NCBI GenBank assembly: GCA_032718475.1 | Contig: JAUCBJ010007408.1 | Location: 1 to 64,000 of the forward strand | Length of the DNA: 64,000 nt | Direction of reading: 5' to 3' | Source of the DNA: Nemertoderma westbladi | Lineage: Eukaryota; Animalia; Xenacoelomorpha | In this document: positions 1 to 11,770 of the stretch, one piece after another | Layout: each line of letters begins with the position of its first letter | Numbering within the stretch: position 1 is the first letter of the stretch | Notes under the pieces: model-generated | Databases searched by the model: none | Seen by the model: the letters and a program-made list of their open reading frames with translations, nothing else | What the model was told of the DNA's origin: nothing | Position numbers and translations under genes: made by a program

Positions 1-265
1 ACAAAGCCGCTTCCACTTTGCAGGACATTGCTTTCGCCTTGAGGACCCGCCAGTGCATAATCTTCCCCATGGAGTGAATAAGCATGGTGGACAGCCCATG
101 ACTTTCTTGAGACGCATCTTAAAGGACACTGGCCTTGAAGATGCGGATGATCTAGCAAATGTCATGGGTGATAGGAAGTTGTGGCGGCGCAATTTTGTCG
201 ACAAGCCGACGCAGCATTCTTGAAAATGCAGCTGCAATGCAGCATGCCGATCCTAGTAGTAGTAT
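1..265 (+). mobile_element. 3' end of a non-LTR retrotransposon (RTE-like LINE), ORF C-terminus plus (TAG)n tail
   Basis: 1-150 closely matches 58585-58745, which encodes the LINE C-terminus (RLRFAGHCFR...FLRRILKDTGL). It is followed by a tagtagtagta tail at ~255-265. Confidence 0.7.
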
Positions 266-376
266 GCTTGCTAAGGCAACAACAGTGCCGCTCCTGGCTA
301 AAACAACATCCACAAGGACGTTATGCAACGAGGCTTTATTAATAGTTGTAGGCTTTACCATATTAACATGCCATTT

Positions 377-650
377 AAAGTAAAGTAGAGTTTTCTTCGG
401 CCGTTTGCGGGTAGGTAGGATTATGCACAAAGTCTGACGACTTATTTCCAGTGCGGTCCCCCGGAACTTTACTCCCAGAGGAAACTCCAGTACTCATTTA
501 GCCACCATTTAAAGGGGCAATGCAGAGATACGGCCTGGCTGGTCCCTTTAACGCATTCGTGCCGAAACGAAAACTGCCCTGGCCCATCCATGTGAGGATC
601 GAACCCACGACCTGCAGTTGATGTGAATTCAATGCAACCACTACACCAAA
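377..650 (-). mobile_element. tRNA-derived SINE, copy 1
   Basis: Reverse complement matches 54205-54477 along its length. Pol III A box (TGGTGTAGTGG) and B box (GGTTCGATCC) are at the 5' end, with a (TTTAC)n-like tail. Confidence 0.8.
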
Positions 651-1711
651 GTCTACACCTGTCCCTGCTGATAAGTTCACCTACAAGAGCGTTCCCATTA
701 ACATTCCATACTACAACACTAACCTTTACTAAACACGTGACAAAGATGTGCTGTACATCCTTCATATCAACTCATACACATATACAACTATGTATCGAAA
801 TAATCTGGCCACAGCTTACTACAAAACAGCTCAATTTTATCGATCGAGTGAAAACGTACTTCCTCAAGAAAATACTTAGTCTTCATAAAACAGCAAGAAA
901 TATATTGGTGATTGATCTCTATAGGAGAATTTAATTGAGGATATCGTTGTCAAATTCCACTTCCAGAGAAAACTGCCCTAAGAATTTACAGTGAAAACGT
1001 AACGGCGAAATACGACCTAATTCCATCCGATTTCTTGACCAGCCCAGGTTTCACATCATTACAAATGGATGGAATCGATGCGAACCAATCCCAATGTCAC
1101 ACAACAAGAGTCTCCATACATGGCTTCCACCATTTAATCTGTCAAATCACGAATTTCCACGAACCAAATGAGTCCTGCCATTGTAAACTCAGTGGAGAAC
1201 ATGCCTCTAGATCAATAGTTAAACTACATTTTATTATTTTATGTATTACTACTATTAATTAATTATATACCAAACCGGACCGGTATATATTTTACTGTGC
1301 ATGCGTATCTGCCACTACCACGGCGTGATTCAGTTAATACAACCTTAAATTAAGATGTGTGGTATGTGGAAGTGTACAAAGAAAACAAACTTCATGAAAT
1401 ATATCGATAGGCTATCGAAAAAGTAGACACAAGTGGCTTTTTTATTTACTTTTGCTTTCAGTGTGAAATAAGAGGAATATAATATAAACAATAATAAGAG
1501 CTGTTGATAGTTTATAATAACCGCACGCAGTACTTATTCATTCTGTTTATGTTCCACAAGAATGGCACGGCAGGTGGTAGGCTAGGCTCCGAGGCTCACG
1601 TAACATTTAGGTGTTTAGTATAGGCCTATACAGCTATAGCATGTTATGTATTTTACCGGTGAGTTCTGGAGTTGGATAGCTGCTGAAAATGTTTCCTAGG
1701 TGACGCATTCT

Positions 1712-1975
1712 CTACGTGTCCATCTCACCATCCTCTTCATCTTCCGGCACTCCACGCAAGTACATAACGTTATTGCAGCGTATCAGCACTTCGCCGAGGT
1801 TTCCAGTTAAAGTACCGTCAATGTATTCCTCGGTGTTTGCCAGTTGTAGGTTCATGTACCCATCCGTCGCCACCAAGTATCCTTTGTATTCCATTCCCCA
1901 CTTGAGTTTAACCATTATTGGTTTCCCGGTAAGTCCATTTAAAAATGGTTTTGGGTTGACAGGAACATGCGACAT
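1712..1975 (-). CDS. SNRPF: small nuclear ribonucleoprotein F (Sm protein F), single coding exon
   Basis: [54 protein letters not shown]...[13 protein letters not shown] is the highly conserved SmF sequence. ATG is at 1975; the ORF track start at 1981 is a TTG. Confidence 0.96.
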   Translation of the reverse strand: MSHVPVNPKPFLNGLTGKPIMVKLKWGMEYKGYLVATDGYMNLQLANTEEYIDGTLTGNLGEVLIRCNNVMYLRGVPEDEEDGEMDT

Positions 1976-2317
1976 CTTCAAAATTATATTTAATATAATG
2001 AATTGAATAGGCCTACTGCAGAACTGCTACTAACTACAGAACTATGTATGGAAGTACTGCAGTATAGGGGATTTGCTGATAGTCCTTCTGTCCTTGGCTG
2101 ACGACAGGCTGATAGGTACTGCTGTACTGTATGTATGACAGTATGGGCAATCGCTGAAACAGGTTTTCTATCTCTTTCAGCCAGTTCCGGTATCTAAATA
2201 ATAATAACATGCAAATTAGAAACTCTCAAAATATTAAATACGTAATTAATGTTGATTTATAAATAGAAACTGTGTGTTAGATATAATTATTATTATAATA
2301 TAATTATTTAAATTGGA

Positions 2318-2353
<36 letters not shown>

Positions 2354-2503
2354 AAAACATGTTTAAAGCCAATAAGAAAATTTTCATAATTAAAAAAAAA
2401 ACAAACAATTTTTCACAATATTTTTTTGTCACAATTTTTTTTATTTTTTTATTTGTTTTTTTTTTTTTTTTTTTTTTTGAAAACCTCTGTTTCTTGTATA
2501 GAT

Positions 2504-3560
2504 TTTAAAGGCATGGATTTCTAGAATATAATACTCAAATCTGTATTATTTACTCTATCGCAATTAATAAGGTAACAGTTCCGTATAGCACGGTAACTTT
2601 AAGATTTATGAACAGAGTTGACATGGGTTCACCAACCAAACTCTTCAGTCTGCTACCCAAGCACCTGCGCCGTCATCCAGCCCCAGTAGCCGCCACGAAC
2701 GTCGCCCCCCTCTAAGGCACAAACCCACAGCGCGCACCAACGCGATGGACAGACGGGCCCTAACCCATCCGAGAACGAATCCTGGGGGTTTCTCGTTCCA
2801 ACTGTCCTTCTCTGACAACTTTGCCGCCAAGTGATGGATAAAGTGAGATGCCTCTCTGCCCCACACACCATCCGAAGTCATCGCTAGGGGGGTGAAGGTC
2901 AGGCGCAGCTGCTCGCTAATGCGACAGTGGTGCTGCTTTTTGACTCGTTCCTTCTCGCAGAGGATACTGTCTGTTGTACGGGCACGATATGAGGGAGCGT
3001 CAGCGTTTGTAACGCATACGTCGAACGACGCCTCCCTCTGTGGTGCCCATACGCCCCGGACTAGCAAATCTGTTCGGACTCCCGCGTCTCCAAGATACTG
3101 GCCCTCTCGTAGCACTACCTCCCGCTTGACTGCACTCGTACCCCAGGCCAACCCACACAACTCGCCGATCACATCCCGCATTTCATCATGTCGACGACAT
3201 ATCAGCCCGCCCTTTTTGCAATTCAGGGCGTGGTCTATGGTGAAGATAGCACCACAGCCGTCACAGTGTGATGGCAACTCCGGGGGAGTATAACCATACC
3301 GCAGACACAGGGCGTCGCGGAATGTCTGCGCTGAAATGCCTGTCTGATGAAGCAGCGATGGGGTCACGCTCAACCATCCAGCAGTTTTCGAGTCCAGCTG
3401 GCGCTTCACTGATCGCGCTCGATCTGGCACCATTGCCCCCAATACAACTGTCTGAACCTCGCTCGCCCGCACTGCCTCCCTCAACCTAGTTTCACGGATG
3501 GTTCCCTGTAGCAGCGTTTTATGATCCTCCACTGATAGGGGAGTCTTTTCCTTCAATTCG
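2504..3560 (-). mobile_element. 5'-truncated non-LTR retrotransposon with restriction-like endonuclease (CRE-clade-like); ORF remnant 2645-~3545
   Basis: C-terminal Zn finger CDGC...HALNC, RHDEMRD, then RLE-type motifs RTD...FDVCVT...EKERVK..H and FTPLAMTSDGVWG. The GC-rich insert is flanked by a 15-bp direct repeat GTTTCTTGTATAGAT (2489-2503, 3561-3575), a candidate TSD. Confidence 0.8.
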
Positions 3561-5132
3561 GTTTCTTGTATAGATAGATTTTTTTTATTGATTTTAAACA
3601 CGTTTTAAAACGATTCCATGCGTTTTAAATAGAATCCAGATTTTTTTTCTAAAAAATGTTTAAAAAACATTTTTAGAACAAAAAATATTTGTTCTAGAAC
3701 ATAATATTTTTTTTAAATGAATAGCTAACATGTTCTGGAACATTTTCTATACAAATAGTAAAAAGAACTAGCAACTACAAAATATTTATAGAGGGAAGTA
3801 GGATGTCGGAACCAGTGTCTAAATTACTAGCTAAACCTATCTAAAACACTAGCTACCATAAAATTTAGTATCTTACTTAACGAGGATGCTTCAATTACGT
3901 CCGTTGACCAAATTGCAGCAAATGACAATTTATAGAACTCTCCCGATATCAAAATATAAAATTGTTGTAAAAAAATCTTGCCCCCAGTCACCGCCCCCAG
4001 TTAACTCGATGGCCTTGTATATAGTACGCCTTGATTACGTCCCAAATAGCGATATGTCCCATTGCCATTTAAAGAAGCATGTTAGAAAATGAGCAGGTTA
4101 CAGAGGCTTATTGGTGGAACCAAAGCAATAACCGAAAGTTAAACATATTACAAGATTATGCAGGTTTTTATTATTGGGTCTTTGGTCTTTGTTTTGTCCT
4201 CACTCGAGGATCGTCGGTATAATATGATTAAACATTTTGTTTGATTTATGGAAATAAATAATGAATGGATTTGTATAAAAAATTTGGTGCCGGAAGAATT
4301 GTTTTTGGTTGACGGGTAATTATTTTCTAGGGAGATTTAATAATTGTTTTAGGGGAATTAATAATTGTTTTTCGGGGATGAATAATTGTTTTTTGGGGGG
4401 TGAGTAATTGTTTTTGGTGAGAGAGATATTCAAAATTGGGGGATGTAAATTGGTGCTACTGTACAAAAAAAATATTTTTGGTGATAAATAATTTTTTGAT
4501 GTGAAATAATCTAATTTTGGGTGGCATTCTATTAGTGGCGTTTCTGTTTCTGTATTTACTGTGAAGTATGTACTATCAAGGCGTTGGTATTATATGGTGC
4601 TGACAGTGTGTGGAGCAGTTCTGCAATTGCAGTGGTGTGGGGCCACCCTGCCTCTAAAACGGTAAAATAATCTTAGATACTGCTGCTTAGAATGTGAGTA
4701 AAGTAACTAATCTTTGAAGGTCTTTGAAGGTAACTAAAGCGTCAGTCGTCCATTAACGTCCTGTTGCAGTCTCAGTAGCCTGTTATTGTGATGATTGTGT
4801 CATTGATTTTTTTCAACAGAGACAGATGAATAACAACAGTAGGCTTACATAGTAGGCCTACTACTTGAGTGTACGTACATACATGTAGTTGGTTATGTAC
4901 TGTGTGGTTGGTTTAATACAGTATATATGCATAGCAATTATTGTAACGTTATAAAACGTAAGTTAGTTTATTGTTGTAGTGCGTACTACGTAGTCGTACA
5001 CAGAGTGCAAAATAAGGGAGTTTGAAATATTATGTTTAAAATATTACACACTTATCAATAGAATATTGTAGTACATTTATTTATTAACTTGATACTGTAA
5101 TACCTCTAATTTACTACTACTGTACTAAACTA

Positions 5133-5392
5133 TAGAGACAGGGGGGAAACTGGACGCAAAACCCGCCTTGGCGAATTAATATCCCGCCTCAATGTTAATT
5201 TCTCAATTTAGGGAAAGGAGCAGGTTCCAGTGGCATGTTATTTTAACTAAAACAATAAACTAAGCACAATAGAAAAGGTTACAGTTTAATTTTTTGAGAA
5301 TAATCAGCTGTTATTTGCGTCGAATTTCCCCTGGAGAGGGATGAATTTTTATTTCGTCCAGTTTCCCCCCCCCCCCCCCCCCCCTATCTCTA
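5133..5392. mobile_element. MITE-like element (~260 bp)
   Basis: Terminal inverted repeats TAGAGACAGGGGGGAAACTGGACG ... CGTCCAGTTTC(C)nTATCTCTA; non-coding interior. Confidence 0.55.
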
Positions 5393-5768
5393 TCTGAAAC
5401 TACTGTATAGGTCGAGCGAGCTTGGGCAGTTGAAATTATATCCTCTTATTCCAGTCCAGTTCTCAGATTATCCATAGTTGTCGTAATTTCGTTTCTCCCA
5501 ACTTCAGTATCCACTTTCAAGTTGGTCTACAGTATACTGTATGTTACAGCCGGTCCCCCATTGGAAGGTGGCATTCCTTCCTTGTGTTGGTGCCAGAAAA
5601 GTAGATCTCATCTCTAAAATCTAGAAAAGCCTCTTAAAAAAGCAAACACTGTTAAATGCCCCTACTGTATACGTTGCAACAAGTTAAGAACCGAGTTTTA
5701 TCAGTTTATAAATTTTCACACGGTTGTATTTAAGTCAATTTGTAGGGCCTAATTTGTGTCGTGTACAG

Positions 5769-6360
5769 TGTGACGGGATCCACCGAGGATCCCGGTTTAT
5801 CCGGTTTCTTATCTACGCGTCCCCGCCGTGTGTGTGTAAAAGAGTTCTGATATTGTTGACTGATCGTTGATAGTATAAATACAAGGGTATAATATAGAAT
5901 CAGAATAAGATATAACACAGTTGATTGTAAATCAATGATTGAAAAGTTGATTGTACCGGTAAAATGGATTAATATGGTGGTGGCAGTAGACGGAGATGGT
6001 GATAAGAGTTTCGGTACTGCCCTAACTAACTGACTTACTAAAGTGAATGAAATTGGAACAACCACCGGTAATATATTGCACTGGTTGGCCGTGTTACATT
6101 ACTCAGTGGATGCCTTCCCCCCGATTGGCTAATAACTCATTTCTCACCCTCCCATCTCTCTGGGAGTGTTTCCCCCTGCTGCTATCACTCTCTCCCTCCC
6201 GGAGGTGTAACCTCTGACCCCCGCTGTGTGTTCCCTTTGGGGCTTGTCGCCCCGTTTTATTGGGGTGACACGAGGTTGATTGGTAATCAACCTCGTGCTC
6301 CCAATATTGCTTAAAGCTAACTTTGTGTGGGCCTGGTTAGCGGAATTGAATACGCTAACA
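5769..6360 (-). repeat. 3' LTR of element 1 (592 bp)
   Basis: Direct repeat of 19148-19723 with a few substitutions and one block indel near 5930-5950. Confidence 0.95.
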
Positions 6361-7094
6361 CTCCCCCCCATGCTATCTTCCCGGTGAGAAGATAGCATCC
6401 ACCTCTAGTGCGCTACAATTCCGCTGGATCTCGATCTACTATCGAGTGTGGGGTGGAACTATTTTCCTCGGAGCCGGCTTTCCAGACCGCCCCCTATGGG
6501 TATGATATCGCTAACCTGTTTACCTGGCGTTCCGTGTCGGGCCGATCGTGCGCTCCTCTCACACAATTTTTGTTTCCACAACACTTGCGCCACTCTAACT
6601 CCACTCTACTCTCACCCTGACTCTCCTCTACTCCTCCTTACTCTCGCTCTAACCCTCGGACCTCCTTGTCCCTCACTTTGCCTCTCACTCCTCCCCCCCC
6701 CCACACTTGAATTGCACCCGCACTCTCCTCGCGCTGTTACTCAACCCCTATACCTCCTGTGCCGTCGCACTCAAGAAGTGTGATGTCGTCCCATGTCTCG
6801 TCCGCGATTCATAGTATTATAGTCTATTGGTCCCCAGTCCCAGTAGCTAATTGGAAAAAGGTTGTATGACTATGGTACTTACTTTGATTACATTTGTTTG
6901 CTAAACTAATAATGATTGCTACGTACGTACATACTAATTGCACTTTTCAATTATTTAGATTATTTGAATTTGTACTTAGGAGTTCGCACATCTCTCGTGG
7001 TGCCTTCCAGGCATACCACATCGAAGTCTTAGTTCGTTCCACCTGACTTTGGGAACCACCTCAACTCTTTCCCTCTGTCGTCCTCCTCCCTCAG

Positions 7095-9692
7095 TCATTT
7101 CCTGGTCGCTGCCGCTCCTTTGGTCTTATCTCCCTTCAGGCTCCTGACCCTCGCCGTCACCTCTTTACTAATCCCGGTCGTCGACTCCTTGGGCGCTGGT
7201 GTTATTAGCTCCCGGTATCGCTTCGCGGGTGGCCCCTCCGAGTGGCCCTGTTGTCTCCACCTGGTGGCGTCCCATAGGATCACTTTCATCGCCCTCGGCA
7301 CATGCTCCGCCAAGAAATCCCTGAACTCTCCTCTGTTCTGTGGCGTCCACCTGTCCAAATACCTCGGCGTATTTATCACCCCGGCATACGACACTGCCGT
7401 CGCCACTTCTTGGTAGGTAAATGGAAGCCTCTGTTTGATGATCTCCATGTGGGCCTCCTGATTGATGTTAAAGAAGCCCCACCGGAACTCCTGGGCCTTC
7501 ATACGTTGCCGAGTCATGGCCCCGACGTCGGCCCACTCCTCGAAGATCCTAAACTTCTCTTCGTCGTCCATCCATTCGCACTGGCGTCCATAGTGCCCAC
7601 GAAAGTTGCACTTCGAACACCGGTTGTGCAACCGTGGACACGCCCCCATCATGTGGCTCGACTCGCGGCAATAGAGACAACTATTTCCTTTCTGGAACCG
7701 GTACAAACAGCTCCTTTCCTGGTGGGTCTGTCACCCACAGTAGTCACAGCCGAGCACCAATGTCTCCCGCCCCACGTCGTCTTTCGTCCCAAGCGATCTC
7801 CGCGGTCTGTGGAGTCGCTGGTAAGCGAACTTCTGGACATTAGCGTCCCTGTCCACGTCGATCTCCTCGCCCCTCCCGGGCATCGTCTCCCCGAATACTA
7901 CCCGTGGTGCCGTTCCCGGTTGCTCGCCCAACCTGATGGTGCTCCCCGCGAAATCCATCGCCGGCTCCTCATGCACCCAGGCCCGCTTGCCGGGTCTATC
8001 CCAGAAGGCTCTCACCCCACTGGCCGTCACCACCCTCCCGCCAACCCAGTCCGTGCCCGAGTGGTCGATCCTCCCGATGGGCGGCATCTCTCCGAACTCG
8101 TCGTCATCCTCGTCCTCCTCTGGGAGTGGCTCCAACCCCGGTATCCCGGTGGACCCACTGTGTCCCTTGCCGCCTTGGCTCTCGCCCGTAACTTTCCATC
8201 CTTCCAGCTCCCCTAGCCTCCTTAGCGGCTGATCGCCCTCGGCGCCCGCTGGTATGGGCGTCGTCTGCAATCCCGATGTCGACTGTTTCGGTGATCCCAC
8301 CATCCACCCTAATTCTCGCCCTAGAGACTCCCCCGAACTCCCTGACGATGTCCAACGAAGTTCGTCTAAGGCCGCCTGTTCCTCGAAGCCGTAGCTCTGC
8401 ACCCTAGCTTCCTCCTCCCTTTCTTCTGCTTCTCTCCTCTCCTGTCTAGCGATTTCTTCCAATCGCTTCGCTTCTCGTCTATCCGCCTCTAGCTGCTCCC
8501 ACCTTTGATACGGCGTATCTACCTCCCCGTCTACCAGATGTCGGCAGTTATAATACACCGACTCGCCCTTCAGCCCCGGGTGGTCTACCAGACCCTCGAA
8601 AGCCGTCTTAAAGGCTCTTCTGTGACTTAGGGGTGATTCCGATAATAGGAATGCCGTTGGTTCCCTCTCGATAACCACGGTCATGAATAGGTTACGCAAA
8701 CCTATCATTATCCAGTCCTCTTGTAGGATATATCGCTTCTGATATACCTTTATCGCTCCTCTCCGGAATTGATACACCTCTTGTTTCCCTGGCCTCGCTC
8801 CCCACTTCAGCGAGTTCGCCAAGTCCGCTCCGTACTCCTCTCTGAACTTACCCCAGTCCATTGGTTTGTGACACACGAGCCCCATTAGCTGGCCCATCGC
8901 CACCGCTCCACAATGACCTGAGTTCTCCACTAATCCCAACCCGTCTGGTGCTGTCATAGCCATGTAGACCGTCTGCGTATCCAGAAGGTTGGGGGTGTCC
9001 GGACCGATGATTCTCTCTGCGTCGTCGCGAATCGCAGATCCCACTTTCGTCGTCGACTTCTCTCTCACTAGGGTTTGCACCGCCTTCGGCAACCGGTTCA
9101 ACTTCGGCCCGTCCTTCTTTCCATACGTCCCTAGATCGAATAGGAATATATCCCCATTTGGCGCGGCCAAATGTAGGAGTATGGTTCTGGCCGACCCCGC
9201 CGATCCTCTCCTCGAACCCTCCTCGTCTTCCACAGTCCCCTCATCGTCTAGAACCATGTATCCTCCTCTGCTGACGGACTCTACGAACCTCTTCCAATCT
9301 TTCCTCGGTGGCTCTCTCGCGTACTTCGGAATCCCGAACTTCGCTTCGTCTCCTTTCACCACGTAGTGGAAATGCTCGAAGATCGCGTTGTCCAGCGACG
9401 GCGTCCCGTAGGTCCCGACCAGCCGCTGTTCGTGCACCTCCCTGAAATGGTCCTGTAGCGATCGCGCCTTGTGACCTCTTTCCAACCGCTCGTAGTATCC
9501 CCTCGTCTTCTCTTCCGGATGCCTCTTGGTGAAATCCACCAGTATCTCCTTTCCTCCTAACTCCACCTTTCTCTTTCTGATCAGTTTCCCCGCCATTCCG
9601 AACTCTCTCACTCGCTCACCTGTAAGGTGGTGCCTTGCCAAGGCGCAATACAGATGAGTGATAAGGTTAAGATGGTCTGTACAGTTCGACAA
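7095..9692 (-). pseudogene. Accessory ORF of element 1: DEDDy (WRN/RNase D/Mut-7-like) 3'-5' exonuclease + acidic linker + 3 CCHC zinc knuckles; one in-frame TGA at 7731-7733
   Basis: ExoI YMVLDDEG; ILLHLAAPNGDIFLFDL; ExoII LPKAVQTLVREKSTTKVGSAIRDD; LLDTQ; ExoIII-like QKRYILQED. ORFs 7731-9692 and 7095-7706 are in the same frame, and the homologous codon in element 2 is AGG. Knuckles: CDYCG*QTHQERSC, CLYCRESSHMMGAC, CSKCNFRGHYGRQC. First ATG is at 9596. Confidence 0.8.
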
Positions 9693-10059
9693 TGGCCTAT
9701 TTCTTACTTAACCTCGAGTTATAGCCTAATTTTACTACTTAATTCCTAAAACTACCAAATTGTACCCTAAATTTCAATTTTGTCCATTACTTTAATTATG
9801 TTCCAGAATTTTCTTCCTATTGTTACCATAATTTGTTTAATTTCTAATTTCTTATTTTATTTTAATTTAATTCTACTACTGTGTTACTACTTATTGTTGC
9901 CGATGGATTACTCTATTTCATAATCCACATTCTGGCCTATTCTGTGGGCTTGTGCAGTACAACAGTATATGTCGCGTGGCCTATACGATTTATCCAGCTG
10001 TACTCATATGCCCCCCTCTCGCTACTTACTACTAACTAATATCTATATTATACATACCC

Positions 10060-10580
10060 TTCTACCACTAACTCTTACCAACCGGTACTACGTACCCTCT
10101 TACTAACTTCTAACTCCCACTAACTCCTACTAACCGGTACTACGTACCCTCTTACCAACCTCTAACTCCCACTAACTCCTACTAACCGGTACTACGTACC
10201 CTCTTACTAACTCTTACTCTCTCTAACTAACTAACGGTACTACGTACCCTCTTACTAACTCTTACTCTCTCTAACTAACGGTACTACGTACCCTCTTACT
10301 AACTCTTACTCTCTCTAACTAACGGTACTACATACCCTCTTACTAACTCTTACTCTCTCTAACTAACGGTACTACGTACCCTCTTACTAACTCTTACTCT
10401 CTCTAACTAACGGTACTACGTATCTTCTAACTACTAACTCTTACTAACTAACTAATGGTACTACGTACCCTCTTACTAACTCCTACTATCCGCCTAACAG
10501 TACTACGTACCTTCTAACTACTAACTCTTACTAACTAACTAATGGTACTAAGTACCCTCTTACTACTAACTAACTAACTC
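10060..10580. repeat. Tandem minisatellite (~43-54-bp unit, about 10 copies) between pol and the accessory ORF
   Basis: Repeated GGTACTACGTACCCTCTTACTAACTCTTACTCTCTCTAACTAAC. Confidence 0.9.
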
Positions 10581-10699
10581 CCATCTGCCTACTTACTCTT
10601 TCTTTATTTATTTTATTATTTTTTTATATTTTATGTGTAGGAAGGGCGTCTCGACCTCAATCCCACCCACCTCAGTCCAAAACTTGGACGACTAAACAC

Positions 10700-11770
10700 T
10701 ACTCGTCTAAGATGCTCCCTCTAGTAGGCAGCACTTGCCTACAGCCCTTCTGTAGGTCTTTCTATCTTTCACTCCTATTTTGCCACCTATCCGCACTTCT
10801 ACTCGATCGGACTCTTCCGTCCTCATCGGAGTAAGTGCCCACAACCCCCATCCAATCGCCACTGGTTGTTGATGGTGGTATCGTCCGTGACGATCACCAG
10901 ATCACCCTCTTTTAACTCCCTATTCGTGTTCCTCCACTTGCTTATCCTATGGAGCGTGGGTAGATATTCCTCGACCCACCTCCTCCAGTACTCTGTGCTT
11001 ATCGCCTTGGCGACTTTCCAGCTCTGTCGGGAGTGTATATCGTCTGGGTCTACACCCCGCATGTTGATGGTCGCCGGCCTCTCCATTAGAAAGTGACTAG
11101 GCGTCAGCACATCTAATGACTCCGGGTCATCATTTTTTGGATATAGCGGTCTGCTATTAATGATACCCTCACACTTTGCTAGTACCATCCTCAGCACGTC
11201 CTCTGTTACCATGTGGGTGTTCATCAATTTCGTCATCAGACGCTTGGAACTACCCACGAGTCTCTCGACGCATCCTAGAGTATGCGGAGCATACGGCGTC
11301 CTCCTCTCCCACTTCACCTGTCGTCTTCTCATGGCTGCCCTGACTTCCTCCCCTTCCAGGATATCCAAGGCATCCGCCATCTCGTTCTCCGCCCCCACAA
11401 AGTTGGTTCCGTTGTCAGAATATATTACTGCGATCGTCCCACCTTTGCGGTCTCTGAACCTTTCTAGAGCATTAATGAATGCTGATGCGGTTGCATCTTG
11501 GGCGAGTTCTATCCCTACCGCCCGCGTGTTGTTACATACGAAGATGATGCCGTAGCGCTTCTCCGTGTGCCGCATCACCTTAATCTTTATCGGCCCGAAC
11601 ATATCCACACCGCAATGCGTAAATGGCGGGTTGTGTTGTCTCACCCTACTGACCGGTAGTGGCGCCATCTCCTGTATAGCTCACTCCTTCTTAGCTCATC
11701 GGCAGGTCTGGCACTGCCCCACTACCGCCTTTACCTTCTTTCTCAACTGTTTGACCCAAAAGGCCCTTCA
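10700..11770 (-). pseudogene. BEL integrase (zinc-finger end + DDE core + C-terminal domain), with stops
   Basis: CQTC, MAPLP..R, HCGVDMFGP, IYSDNGTNFVG, VER, INSRPL, LTPSHFL, W..EYL..L. In-frame TGAs at ~11769, 11697 and 11682; frameshift near 10850. Confidence 0.92.

Noticed and set aside
2320-2480. Poly-A/poly-T tracts as a retrogene tail for SmF
   Set aside because: They lie upstream of the SmF start, not at its 3' end.
5730-6398. ORFs inside the LTRs
   Set aside because: Short, non-ATG or low-complexity, and not preserved between the two LTR copies.
7302-8216. Long antisense ORFs (also 13855-14460, 15325-16020, 55713-56846, 56488-57333)
   Set aside because: Shadow frames of GC-rich retroelement coding sequence with no independent motifs.
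7095-9692. env gene in the post-pol position
   Set aside because: No signal peptide, transmembrane anchor or fusion-protein cysteine pattern; the motifs fit a nuclease plus zinc knuckles.
10060-10580. CRISPR-like array
   Set aside because: Units are contiguous tandem copies without unique spacers, there are no cas genes, and the context is eukaryotic.
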